Notes: generated by a model not told the origin, from the letters alone. A stretch of DNA of 56,409 nt, filler included, from Catajapyx aquilonaris (GCA_000934665.2; 4 parts of 4 records of this genome joined end to end with filler, not necessarily neighbours in it); one strand, 5' to 3'; positions 1 to 12,149 are shown, counted from the whole stretch's first letter. Numbers and translations are program-made.

Positions 1-322
1 TCTTAAATTTGCATAAATTTACCGAAAACTTGCATTAAATGTACATTAAAATTAAACTGTTGTGAACTATCAGCTTTTCAGATCTTGTTTGGCTCAGATT
101 CATTTTAAGATATAGGTGTAATTTCTCTAACGTAAATTCTATTAATCGTTTGATTGGAGTTCCTTTTGTGAGGACAGTAAATGTAAATTCTTGTTCTTGA
201 TTAGCCTTTGAATAATTGTGGATGATGAGATACATTGGCGCGGGGCCTTTATGGTCGGGTCGCCGTAACTCTGACATAGTACCCGCGTGTACCGGTAATA
301 ATAAGACAAGCAACGATAAGCA

Positions 323-520
323 ACAGTGAATCACTCCTGAGTCAATGAATCAGTACTTGCATCAGTGAATCAGTACTTGCATCAGTGAATCACTCTCTGA
401 ATCAGTGAATTACCACCAGACTCAAAGAATCTCCCTCTGAATCAGTGAATCACTCGTTGAATCTGTGAATCACCATCTGAATCAATGAATCAGTGTTGAA
501 TCAGGCGATTCATTGAATCT
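323..520. repeat. Degenerate ~20-bp minisatellite (about 9 units, consensus close to CAGTGAATCACTCTCTGAAT)
   Basis: Successive units read directly: caatgaatcagtacttgcat / cagtgaatcagtacttgcat / cagtgaatcactctctgaat / cagtgaattaccaccagact / caaagaatctccctctgaat / cagtgaatcactcgttgaat / ctgtgaatcaccatctgaat. Confidence 0.85.
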
Positions 521-555
521 CGTACAAAAAATCTTCGAATGGCGGACCCCTCGAC

Positions 556-1031
556 ATTATCTTAGGAGCACCATGTCGCAAGCACGCCTATCAGGACTTT
601 CCATGATTTCCATTGAGAATGACAGGGCCAAGAAAATAGACATTTCATCGATCGTCAGAGCATTCGCCAGTGAACGCAGTAGGAAGAAACCATTGTCAAT
701 TTTTCATGATTAACTCATTAGCTGTATGCCTGTTTGGTAGTTTGGATCATTGTAATCATATTGATAAACAAAAGGTAATATGATTATGATACCTATGATT
801 TGCATTTCTAAACTTCGCACTTGTGAAAGATGTTGTTTATAACCTATTATATTAAGGGTATAGGGAGGTTAAAATAAAATTGATTGATTGATTATATTAA
901 CGGTGGAGTCGGACGGTTTGTCTCGTCCAGTAGGGTTCGCTGGGTAAATTGCTCATTTCGAGGGGGGGGGGGGNGGGGGGCGCTCTTCATATATATTTAC
1001 ACGGGCCTCTCCCGATGTAGTTCCGCCACTG
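556..1031 (+). mobile_element. 3' remnant of a hAT DNA transposon (C-terminal dimerisation domain plus right terminus)
   Basis: ORF 513-713 contains YLRSTMSQARLSGLSMISIENDRAKKIDISSIVRAFASERSRK, the typical hAT dimerisation tail. The sequence ends in tagttccgccactg at 1031, the reverse complement of a CAGTGGCGG hAT-type TIR. Confidence 0.75.
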
Positions 1032-1624
1032 ACCCACTTTATTCCCATCATGCTGTTGGTTCCTCTTTCCTCGTGGCCAGTTGGTCCCTCCCCCTCTCCC
1101 GATCTTTCCTGGTCCCTTCTTGCACACTTTCTACTTCTTTATTTGGCATTCTGAATAAACGGAGGAAATAACTTACTCACGTATTTTATGTGTCCGATTT
1201 ACCTCTCCCTGCACTGTTATATACTGTAAAAAAATGGCGAAAGTTCATTGTAATGATCATTTTTCATTTTTTTCCTCGGGGTCCTTTCCTTGGGGTCTAA
1301 AAAGACCCCACGGCACGGTTCCAGGGTTAAACTACATCTAATGTCCTACAAAACTGTCCTCTACATGTTTTCTGTAGGATCAATAGCTTAGAAGATAGAG
1401 GGGGGTGAAAAAGTGCATATTTCGAAAAAGTGGTTGAAAATATTAGTTTTACTTTTTAAAAAGGATTTTTTAATTACAATGGTGGCTATTAACTATAATA
1501 TTATACCCATAACACATGATACCTACATAAAAGTATGGATGGAAGTAATTTTGGTGACATCAAACAATCTAAAAAGAATGTAGGCTTGCCATTGGCCTCT
1601 GCGAGTAATTCCATCAAATGGACC

Positions 1625-1955
1625 AATGGGACAGTGGTTGTTGACCCTCTAATGATTTTCCAAAAAACCACTATTGCAAAAAAGAGTGATGAAGATGTTG
1701 CGGATTTTTAAAGGTATGAGTTATCCCCATTCCATTGGCCCTCTTCAATGAGGGTGGAATGGGGAAGTCAACGAAGTCATCACTCTATGATGCATTTCCT
1801 GCAGAGAGTAGTACAACTATGGACCTTAAAATGATTATCAACGTTGAAGATGGTGGCTTCCTCCTTCGCCATGTGAAATGGAATGTTGGCTGCAAGTTTT
1901 CTTCTATTTGTGATCAGTATGTAGCTTATCTGCGTAAATATATCAGAAAACTGAT
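1625..1955 (+). mobile_element. Degenerate fragment of an Academ-like transposon protein (start of XPG/PIN-like nuclease region)
   Basis: Across a stop and a frameshift it reads VVVDPLMIFQK...YELSPF(P)LALFNEGGMGKSTKSSLY...VEDGGFLLRHVKW...ICDQYVAYL. I recognise this pattern from invertebrate Academ-type proteins; the family assignment is from memory. Confidence 0.5.
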
Positions 1956-2335
1956 GGTGGTATGCCACCCCCCCTATAGCTCCCATAAGGGACATCACGG
2001 GGTAAAATAAAAAATAAAATAAAAATAGCATTCATGGATTTAAGCCAGGATTTAAAATTCGTTGCTGGTATGGAAATTGTGTCAGGCCTTACAACAAGTA
2101 CAATTCGTTTTACAGGCATCTAGTAAGGGCTCATAATCTGACACTCGAAACTAGTCAGCGTTTGTCACTGATGGCTCACACACAAGACGCAGATATACCA
2201 ATTACAGATGAGCAGGCAAGTATGCAAAGAACAGGTGAAAATGTGGATGGTGTTTTTTTGCACCAGTGTGAATACAGATGATGAGGGGTCAGGAGATGAA
2301 CGTAAAGCTAGGGTCAATCAGATTTTTAAAAAAAG

Positions 2336-4915
2336 TTGGGCCTCATGATTTTGAGAATTCGGGAATGTTCAACAATGCCACAAAAATCTGTGCATGACTT
2401 GTTAGATGATGTGATGGATTTGCATTCGTTGTGCTTTGATGATTTGAAAGAGCATATGGAGAAAGTGCTAAGAGAACATTGTGCAAAAGTCAGTTGCACA
2501 CACTTAAATGATGCTTTGCTTTCTGACATGTTTCCAAATCTGAGTCCCCTTGCAGAGTCCTATGACAGTTTGGATACTGTTGCCAAACAGAACAGATTTT
2601 TCAAAAATTTTGGGTTAGTGGAACCAATAAGAGTAAGCATTGAGAACAGTAATGACAGTTATGCATATGTTCCTATTAAACTAACTTTGATGGAATTGCT
2701 AAAACATGGAGATATTTACCAGCAACTTTCAAAAGTATCACCGGCAGTCGATGAGGATACATTCACATGTTTTCGAGATAGTGAAATCTATAAAAATCAC
2801 CCACTCTTTTCTGTTGACAGTGGAGTTCTGCAAATAGCACTGTACATTGATGAATTTGAGACGTGCAATCCACTGGGAAGTAAGCGTGGTATCCATAAGC
2901 AAGTTGCAGTGTATTTTCGATTGGGGAATTTGGGAGGCAAAATATAATTCTAAACTTAAGTCCATATATTTAGTGCAGTTGTGTTCGTCAATTGTTCTCA
3001 AGAAGCATGGATACGCAGTAGTTCTCCACATGTTACTCAAAGATCTTCAAGATTTAGAGGAAAATGGAATAACTCCATTTGTTCACGGAAGAAACGTGAA
3101 TGTGAAGGGATGTGTCAGTGCTGTCAGTTGTGACATTCTAGCTCACAGCATAGGGGGTTATATTGAGGGTTTCACGGGTTTGCGAATATGTCGATTATGC
3201 ATGGCAACGTCACAGACTGCACAGAAGAAGTTCCATAATAGTGCCTTTAAGCTCAGGAATGAAGCCATGTATGATCTTCATGTATGTTCTATGTGACAGC
3301 AACATGTCTACTACGTATGGCATAAAATGCGAAAGCATTCTGAAGCAATTAAAATATGCCAACATTACTGAATTGCTGCCTGCAGACGTCTTTCACGATT
3401 TATTTGAAGGGGTGGTTCTGTCACCGTATTTGTTTTCACATGTGTAGATTATTACATAAACTTCATACCTTGTTCCAATTCCTACCTTGTTCTTTTCCCC
3501 ATTAGATTCATGGTATTATTCCCACCATCCATGACGGAAATTGTCTCGTTCTGTTATGTTTATACCAATATGTGTTCAGCGTATATGCTTGTATCAACTG
3601 CTTGCCCATCATGCTTTGCGTTATCCTCTCCCTATAAGAAGTGGAGTCCGATTTACCTCGAGGCCTTTGGTCGCCCTCGCGGGATGGCCACTGGTCACTC
3701 CGCACTTCCTTCTTCCACTTACCTATACACCCTGCCCACCATATTACTGTGTCAAAAGGTTTATAGTCCATTAAACAGATTTGGAACGAACCCCTGTTGT
3801 TGTGTCCCTTTTTTTGGGTCCTCAACGTGTGCCCTCCTGGGTCTCCTTACTTGGCCCGTTGGGTCACAGTTCCATTAGTTTTAAAGCACATTATTGGCGC
3901 CATAATGTTTCAAAAGCTACTGTCCTGGGAAGAACTTAATAAGGGGATTGCAGAGTTTCCCTATCATTCTCTCGACAAAGCCAATAAACCTGTGCCTCTG
4001 CAAGGCACCTCGAAGAATGTAAAAGTAGTGCAAAGTGGCAGTGGCACGTGGTGTTTGATTAGACTCTTACCTATTATGATTGGCTCCAAGGTACCGAGAC
4101 ACTCGGCAATGTGGACATGCATATTGTTACTTCTAGATATTGTTGAAATTAGTTGCGCACCAGTAATAACCAGGGATATGGTTGCTTTCCTAGCAGTGCA
4201 AATCAGTGACTTCCTTGCCACCTTCCGAGATCAATTTCCCAATGTGCGACTGACACCCAAAATGCACTATTTAGTGCATTATCCAATGCTAATGTGTCGT
4301 TTTGGACAACTGATTCATTTTTCTACAATTAGATTTGAAGAAAAGCATTCAGAACTGAAACAGTGGTCCAAAATGACAAAAAACAGGATAAACATGAGCT
4401 ACACCCTAGCAAAAAGGCACCAATTGAAGCAATGCTATTACCTGGCTGGAGCGACCTACTTTCAAAGTGACCTACAATATGTGACAGATAAGGTACAGAC
4501 AGTGGCTGAGCTAACTGATGACTGGCAATGCTTAATTGAAGGAGGCTCTGTTCCTGATTTGCATGAGAAAGTAGTAGTATGCAAACACTTAAATGTTGAT
4601 AGCATTTCTTATCATTCCCAAAGTGCATTAATTACATCAACTAAGTCACAACATAATGACATCGAGCTAAAAGAAATTATTAGCATTTATGTGTACAACA
4701 AAACACCTGTGCTTGTGTGCATAGATTTAAACATAATGCATTTTGACGAACACTATCCCTGCCATGTAGTCGAACGAGGAAACTGTAGGAAAGCCATTAT
4801 TCCTGCCCTCCTACCCGACCCTTTACCTTTACCTATGTACTCGCATCCAGAAATTTATGGGGCTCAATTTGTGGTCCTGAAACATTCACCACCATTCAAT
4901 GTGCATGCATTGTAA
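2336..4915 (+). pseudogene. CACTA/EnSpm (CMC) superfamily transposase, frameshifted and interrupted by a solo LTR
   Basis: Motifs in order: LYIDEFETCNPLGSKRGIHK, CDILAHSIGG..CRLC, PADVFHDLFEGVV|PLVL, LTPKMHYLVHYP..RFG..RFEEKH. Frameshifts near 2932 and 3292; insertion at 3419-3868. Confidence 0.85.
3419..3868 (+). mobile_element. Solo LTR (450 bp, probably Gypsy-type) with 4-bp TSD
   Basis: Begins TGTCACC and ends GGTCACA (TG..CA, imperfect terminal IR). Flanked by GTTC at 3415-3418 and 3869-3872. Internal TATAAG (~3633) and ATTAAA (~3770). Removing it restores the transposase frame HDLFEGVVPLVLKHII. Confidence 0.85.
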
Positions 4916-5019
4916 CATCACTTTTCAGAATCTGTCGTCATTATCAGGTATAGAATGCACGTGCAAATGAACTACAAATTTTACTACATTAAAAATCTCT
5001 TTTTCCGTGTTTCATTAGG

Positions 5020-5586
5020 TTGATTGATTGATTGAAGGTTTAATGGCGCAACAGCAGCAATGGCTATACTGCGCCAAGCACCTGTGACGTTGGAGGGGAG
5101 GGCAGGCAATACCACCCCGACCCCAACGTTAACTGAACCAAAGGTTTTATTTTTTTGTTTATATATTTTTATATTTTTTTTTTAAAAAAAGGGAGATAAT
5201 TACTTAATTATCACTTTACTTGAGCATTTATTACAGTAGCGACTATAAAATTTCAATAGAGTGTAACAAGTGAAACAAAACGCTACGAGTATATTTTTAA
5301 AATGCAACGGTTATATATCTCTATACATGTTGGTTCTTTTCAAAAAAGAAAAGAGAGCCAACATAACAGTGGGGTCCGCAGAGTCGGACAGCAGATGAGC
5401 GAGGGTGGAAGGAGCGGGGTCTCCCGCCCGCAGGAGACCGGTGTCTAGGCGGAGTTGGTGCAATGCAGGACAGTCCAGCAGCATGTGCTGGACCGTCAGA
5501 GAAGGGGCCTGGTGGCAGTGGCCGCAGAGAGGGGGGCCGTCCCCGCCCCTGAGGAGGTGGCCGTGGGTGAGGCGGGTGTGCCCCAT
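5020..5586 (-). mobile_element. 5'-truncated non-LTR retrotransposon, I/Nimb-like clade, 3' end
   Basis: ORF 5311-5586 GHTRLTHGHLL...PPLCGHC...LTVQHMLLDCP is the post-RNase H CCHC tail of I-group ORF2. The 3' UTR has a TGGCGCA/TGCGCCA stem-loop (5044-5076), ATTAAA and a (TCAA)4 tail (5020-5035). Confidence 0.85.
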
Positions 5587-5773
5587 CCCATCTCAGGATG
5601 TCAGCGATCGACATATCCAAGACAGAGTGTCGCCGTCCTTTCAGACCCATGCTATTCCATACACACCTCCTATACCACCCGTACCTTTTTGTCAAATGAT
5701 TACAGGAACAGCCTGAATCCTATACATTTTTTTGGAATACATTTCAGATTTCTGTCTGACAGAACAATGTCGC

Positions 5774-6495
5774 TACGAGGGCGATTTGAAAGATTTTGCC
5801 TCCTATGCGATAATTTCAATAATACGCAAGATAATCACATAAACTGTATGTCTGGTGAAATCTTGAAATGTCCTCTACCAGGGGGTTTCATTACCATCCC
5901 TAGTCCCACACACGCGCCAAGGTCGGAACAGTCATTGCATCCCGTCGGAGAAGAAATCAGGCTTCTTCTCCCGGCACCAGCGATGCACATCTGCTTGCAC
6001 CTCCGAATAACAACTTGTGTAATGGTGTCCCTTCAGGTGTTCTTTCAGCTTCGTGAAATGAGAAAAATCGCAAGGTGAGAGATCCTTCCTGTATTTCGTC
6101 TGTGGTAAAATGTCATGGCACTTGAGATGCTGCAATGCATCCTGGATTTGTCGACTGGTGCATGGACGAGTTTTGTCAAAGTGTAGTAGCCCGGATCTTG
6201 CACCTTGCGATTTCCCCCTTTTCACGAAACTGGAATTACACTAGTGATGCGGAGGTGAAAGCAGATGTGCATCGTTGGTGCACGGGGAGAAGACGGCTTG
6301 TTTCTTCCCTGACGGGATACAACAACTTGTCCGACGTTGGCGCATGCACGGCCTCTTGAGCGAAGGCTCAAGAGGCCGTGGGCGCTTGTGTGTGGCTATA
6401 CTAATATAGGGATGGTGACAGTGGAAAAGTAATGACACCCCCTGGTAGAAGACATGCCAAGCTTTCACCAGACGTACAGTCTATGTAATTATACT
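5774..6495. mobile_element. Fold-back (palindromic) mariner transposase remnant
   Basis: TACGAGGG mariner-type terminus at 5774. Minus-strand ORF 5932-6225 has degenerate HDNARPH / YSPDLAPCDF-like motifs (HFDKTRPC, YRKDLSPCDFSHF). The interval ~6236-6495 is an inverted, diverged copy of ~5828-6025. Confidence 0.8.
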
Positions 6496-6551
6496 GCCAA
6501 GGGGTAATAATACTTCTTTCAGTTGTTCTCAAATTAATGACAGTTCAATTG

Positions 6552-6640
6552 GATATGGGTTTCACATATATTTCTTTCAAAAAGATCGATGACTGACCTT
6601 TTCACACTCACTGCCTGATCTGAAATGTAACCACCCTACA
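6552..6640. repeat. Tc1/mariner-type MITE end, shared with 28238-28336
   Basis: gatatgggtttcacatata...gatcgatgact...cactcactgcctgatctgaaatgtaaccaccct matches the start of segment 3 and ends in a CAGGGTGG-type TIR complement. Confidence 0.7.
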
Positions 6641-7061
6641 GTAGGCCTATATTAGTGTGCAGTAGTGCAGTATCCTAGTGTAGCATCCGAAATGCACGCG
6701 TACAGTTAGCCTTGACCTATGACTGAAGGCCTCACAGGTCTCTGTCCATATAGTATTAGCTATGCACATTGTTAACCATTTCTTATCCTTCAGGGACGGC
6801 ACCAGGCTCGACGTGCAGCAGATGTCCCCTGCAGAATCCGAAATCCTCATCGAAGAAGAAAGGCAGCCCCTCATAAAGAACATTTCTTCGATGCAGAACA
6901 TCCCGATGTACCCCCGCGAGCATAAAGATAGAGACGGCAGGCCCTTTTTTGACCTTTCTTTATCCGACTCAAATTAATGAACTATTTTTGGACCGAGTTT
7001 GCTGCTTCAGGCGTGTGTTCGTGTATTTATGACAGTATATTTGATACCGTAATAGCTTCAA

Positions 7062-8638
7062 TTGGCATTGCAGCCTGCTGCCCAAGGTGAGGGCCTGCCG
7101 TCTCCATCTTTATGCTCGCGGGTGTACCTCATCGAACCCAGCTATTTTGTGTCGAGGGTGCTGGAAGTGGCTTCACACGAAAGAGATTGCACTCGTGGAG
7201 GGACAATGGCTTTCCAAAAGATCATAAAGAGCGGCATGGAAGCTGAGTTCCTGTACTCCTGCACAAAGTGCACTCACACATTCGTCCACAGGAATGTCTC
7301 ATCAGATGATAAGCAGCTTCCAATAAATGAGAGGGTGGCATGGGGGTTCAAGTCCCTAGGATGTGGCTATTACAGGCAGGAGGAGCTCATGTCAGTGATT
7401 GGTGCTGCACATATGTCGCAGCATTTGTTTGAAAAGGGCTCCAAATCTGTAGCACACATTTGGGAGGAGTCACTCGCTGCATCAATGAAGGCAGCAGGAG
7501 AAGAGGAAAAAAAGCATGCTCTACAACAAGGCAACCTTCACAATGGCGTCCCATTCATAACAGTCGTAGTGGACGGAGGTTGGTCCCACAGAAGCCATGG
7601 GCACAGGTACTCAGCAAAATCTGGGGTTGGGGTCATCATAGGCGCACACACTCAAAAGGTCCTTTTCTTGGGGGTCCGAAACAAACACTGCGCCATATGT
7701 GCTTTGGACGAGGGAAAAGAACAACCACGCCAGCACCATTGTTTCAAGAACTGGGAGGGTCCTTCCACCGCAATGGAGGCCAGCATTATTGCAGAGGGAT
7801 TTGCCACCAGTGAAGATGTGCATGGCATAATTTACAAAAAATACATCGGAGATGGAGACTCAAGCGTGCACAAGAAAATTGTTGAATGTGTTGACTATGG
7901 CAGGAGCGTGGAGAAAATAGAAATGTGCCAACCATGCAACCAAGAACTACACAAAACGCTTATACGCGTTACAGAAAATAAGTGCAGAACACAAGAGGTG
8001 CCTTTCATCAACGAACATTGGGAGAATGACAGCAGGTGCCAGGGGTGCCATCAAGTATGCGGCCAAAAATAATAACTCGCAACACGAGCTAGCAGAACAG
8101 CTGAGGAATGTCCATCGCCATGTCTATGGAGACCATAGCAAGTGCAAAGAATATTTCTGCACCTCTATTGGAGAAGTGGATGAAGGCAAGGCAAGCCTGC
8201 AGAAGATGGGGCTAAAGGTTATTCAGGACATCCAGGGGGCCGTGATTCCTCTCCTGGATTTGTCACGGCACCTTGTACAGGATGCTACAAGTAACAAGGC
8301 TGAAACATACATGAGCATCATTGCAAAATTTACAGGTGGAAAGCAACTGAACGTCATCCAAAGGGGGAGTGTACCAGTCAGGTTGCCAGGGTGCGGCACT
8401 AAATTACAACCATGGCCCCAGGTGGCATGGCGAAGCCATGCGTTCAGCAACAAGATCTAGCCCGCATATACACATGAAGAAGCTAGCCATTCGAATTTTA
8501 CGTCGGCGTGATACCCGAGAGAAACAGGCCAGAAAACCTGTAACCCCCCGCCGTCTATTCACACCACGGCGGCAAGGACATGATGTGCATTATGGTCCGC
8601 AATCAGATAAACCCCGAATAAACCCGATAAACCTGAAG
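7062..8638 (+). mobile_element. Kolobok / 'Mutator-like' DDE transposase, two frameshifts
   Basis: VVVDGGWSHRSHGHRYSAKSGVGVIIG, RNKHCAIC, HCFKNWEGPSTAME, YIGDGDSS, KIE/CANHATKNY (frameshift ~7922), HVYGDHSKCKEYFC, QRGS/YQSGC (frameshift ~8370), HYGPQ. A GTAAG donor follows at 8639. The true start codon is uncertain. Confidence 0.8.
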
Positions 8639-8836
8639 GTAAGACAGCTCTCTCTCTCTCTCCCTCCCTCCCTCCCTCTCTCCCCGCTAATGTACTCAGT
8701 TGCTTTGCAATAAACTGTGCTTGACCAACAACCCACAGTGCTTTCTTTCCGTGTGATCCAGCCGCTCGGGTCACACTATCATTTCAGAGCCTGAACCACA
8801 AGTGTACCAGTGCACAGAATGCTCTGGTAATTTCAG

Positions 8837-9978
8837 GCTGAGAGAAGAAGCGGAGGGACATTTGTGCCCTGCTATCCTTGCCAGCGGGTCAGGAGAGGGA
8901 GTTGCCCAAAGGCCTACTTCCGATGATGATGATAGTAAAGGTGAGTTACCAGACTGAGTGTGCCAGGCTATGTGACAGGGTGATAATCACTATACCAGGC
9001 TTAAGGCCGCGTTGACATGTGAGCAATTTGCTGAGCGACGAAGCCAATTGTTTGGGGTGAACATCGATTGTTACGTTCGCCCTTAACTAATGGTTACATC
9101 ACTTATCAAATCGCTAACATGTAAATGCAGCATAATAATACCTAACAAGTTACACATCAAACCTCTTTAGTACAGAATAGCTTTAATCAAAGGTGACAGG
9201 AAATGAACAGTAAATCATTTGTTATTTCGGCTGCCACTACAGCACCAAAGAGCACATGGGACCGTCCCAGTACCCTGGCCCTCATCGCCAGGTACAAGGA
9301 AAAAGGAGACGACTGGACAAAACCAACAAAGAAAAAAAAGCCCTCTGGGAAGACGTCGCCAGGGAGGTGAATAGATCATGCGGCACGTCCTTCACTGGGG
9401 CTCAGTGCCAAGGGAGGTGGAAGACAATGCTCAATAGGTACAAGAATGTGAAGGCGCATAATGCGAAGAGCGGCAACGATCGCCAGGATTATGAATTTGA
9501 GGCGGAATTGGACCTGGTCATTGGGGACCGTCCAGATGTGGCTCCAGTGAAGGTCCTAGGGTCGTTGAAGGGTAAGTGTAACTTGATCAATCAAGGGAAT
9601 CCTAAGTAACTTTTTAGAGAAAAACCCAGACGTTTTTCGATGGATGAGAAAAGGTCTAAAAGATGGGTTTGCTGGGATATATATTTTTTAAATGGTAAAG
9701 ATGCGGTCTGGGGGTAGGAGGAGGGAGAGGGGAAAGGGTAAGTCCACTTTTGGCCAAGAATTAGTTATGGGTGGTGTCAATTTAAGTCCTGGTCCCGTGA
9801 CGGATGTTGGGGACAATAGGAGAAAACATGGAAAACTCTACTCTAATCACACTCACATGATTTGCCAATCTTGTGTGAATACAATTGTATGACTGGAGCT
9901 ATTGTTCATATTCGCAGGTAATCAACCAGTCAACAAGGCAGAAGAAGAAAAGTCAGAATATGACGAGAACGATGAAGG
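8837..9978 (+). CDS. Spliced Myb/SANT-like (trihelix) DNA-binding protein gene, partial, one frameshift; probably transposon-associated
   Basis: Exons ~8837-8941, 9243-9571 and 9919-9978 have AG/GT borders and compatible phases. Protein WDRPSTLALIARYKE/..KALWEDVAREVN...FTGAQCQGRWKTMLNRYKNVKAHNAKSGNDR..YEFEAELD. Frameshift in the A-run near 9300. Confidence 0.65.
9005..9132. mobile_element. Short PIF/Harbinger-type MITE inside an intron of the Myb/SANT gene
   Basis: TAA-GGCCGCGTTGACATGT ... ACATGTAAATGCAGCA-TAA: degenerate TIRs with a 3-bp TAA TSD. Confidence 0.5.
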
Positions 9979-12149
9979 TACAGTATGCATAAACTAAGTG
10001 CATGTTAACATCTTCCCTACTTACGTAGGCTACCAAAGAATCCCTTCCACCTTCAGTTGATTTTTTAGGTTATTTTGTACCAGGACATACAGGGTGTACC
10101 ATAAAAATTCCATCGAATTCAAGAACTTGTGAAATCTACATTATACGTACGGATAAGTGAAAATCATATTTTACCTTATGTTGGTGCACAATGATTTTGA
10201 TTTTTAGGCTGCACTGAACCCAGACGAAGAGCCTGTATCAAAAACCCCGTCAAATTTGAGATGTCGTGGAATAAATAGTACCGTATAACACGATAGAATT
10301 TAATAATAGGCCTATATGTATGTGAAAGTAGTGATGTTTCCCCAGTTTTTACGCTCTCTGATTTAAATGTTGAGGAAACTTCCATCCAAGACCAACAAAT
10401 TGTATCATAAACACCATAAACACTCCAAAAGTACAGTAACAGAAAATATTATACAAAATACTCTGTTCAAACATTCAGCATTCTTCTGATTCATCCGAAC
10501 GCGCCTGCTTTTGACATGATTGCAAAATGTTAAAAAGTAAGTGTTTAGGAAAATAAGTACTTGGTCTCGTAGAGCATGGATTTGGGACTGTTAACAGAAT
10601 ATCTATAATGGGTACTTGTTTCTTGGAAATCCGAGAAATTTCAACTGGTAACATTCCGCAAATTTTCACAAATTTTGAAGTTCAATTAGGCACACAAAAC
10701 GGGCTCAGTACGACTCAGTGATGCAATTGGATTTAAGTTGACCTGAGGATAATAGGGAAACTATCCAAGTAAGTATCAGCTGCAGCGATCCGCAGCTGAA
10801 GGAAATATTCTACGATATAGACTTGCAGGGGCCACTTCATATTCTTTTTGTACTGAATTACTGCAGTATTAGTATTACCATGCGACCCCACTTCACAAAA
10901 TGCTACCTTGGGACAATGCCAGTCTGCACTGCTTGCATCTGATTCCACTGCTGAACCTGCATTTTGCCATGCACCAGGCCCAGGTACTTCTGGTTCAGCA
11001 CTTGGTGGTGAAAGAGGTGGTGCCTCTGTTTCACCTTCTGGGGGTAAGATTGCTCTTCTAAGATATTACTTTTTTTCAGGCTGATTCATATGACTGGGCA
11101 GGTATCATATTATGCAAACCATTCAATAATTGCTCATCACAAAAATTATAAGTAAACTGGATTTAATTTATTCTTCTCAATTTTGGTGCTTTCTGTTTGT
11201 CCTTTTTTTTATTCTGCTCCATTTTAATGACTTTGCTTGCTTGCTTCCTTGCCTATATAAAAGTAGGAGACACAATTTTGCCTGCCCTTTTGTATTTCTG
11301 GATATTGTCATACCCAGGGCCTGAAAATAATGTTGTATGATGCAGGTAGAAAATGTTGCCACAACAAACAGAATGTCAATATTCTGATATTGTCATAATT
11401 GGGCTCTGTAGGTGCTCTGTGGATAATGTTTTTCCCATAGACGTGATGTAAATGTGAATGAACTCTTCTGCACATATTGTACTGTTTCATTATGAGTTTA
11501 TACCAATATTCAGACATGGAGGTGTTGGGTTCGTAGCGCTGGGGGTTGTGACACCAACAATGTTGTGTGGTGACGGTGCATGGTGTTTTTGTGTTGGTGT
11601 TGGGATATTGACAGTTATATGGTTGTGTCATTCTTTCTGCATGGATGTGTATTTTTCATGCATAGCACAGGTATAATTATTGGTCAGACAAGTGGTTGTT
11701 GCCACAAGCTGACTAAATGAAAAGAGGTAGGATGCTGGGTGATGGCTGACCAAACGTAGCTACATACTTGAGGATTTGTACTTGTAAAAGGAATTGGTAT
11801 ATTGCAAGAAAGTCATTTGGTAGTGTCGTTGGCTTGAAATCCTTGCATGACTTCAGGCAATGCCTGACTTCACATCCGTGTGATATCACAAAAGTATTTC
11901 AACTTGCTTTGTAGCAACAACACTGCCTTTGCAATATACGTATGGTAATGCTCGTATTTAGGTAATACAACTTGAAAGCCTGTGGCCACATGCAACAAGT
12001 CAGAATCTTGTCAGCCTTTACTGGCCTTTACGTATTTGCCCATGCGGTTGCATCATATTGCAGCAGTATTATTTTCTGCATATTGATGACTTGCTTTTCT
12101 CTTGCTACTGCTTTTGCATGACTCTTGCATGACAGCTTCTTCTTCCCTT

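Noticed and set aside
323..520. Repeat-spacer (CRISPR-like) array
   Set aside because: The period is only ~20 bp with 4-6 variable bases; it is a degenerate minisatellite.
3508..3878. Three overlapping ORFs and the N-terminus of ORF 3797..4915
   Set aside because: They fall within the solo LTR; transposase homology resumes only at 3873.
5321..6078. ORFs 5321..5695, 5405..5716 and 5455..6078
   Set aside because: Shadow frames of the GC-rich LINE tail and the mariner remnant; no independent motifs.
10730..12120. Cys/His-rich minus-strand fragments as a zinc-finger gene
   Set aside because: Many stops and no consistent finger spacing or exon chain; at best an unassignable decayed TE ORF.
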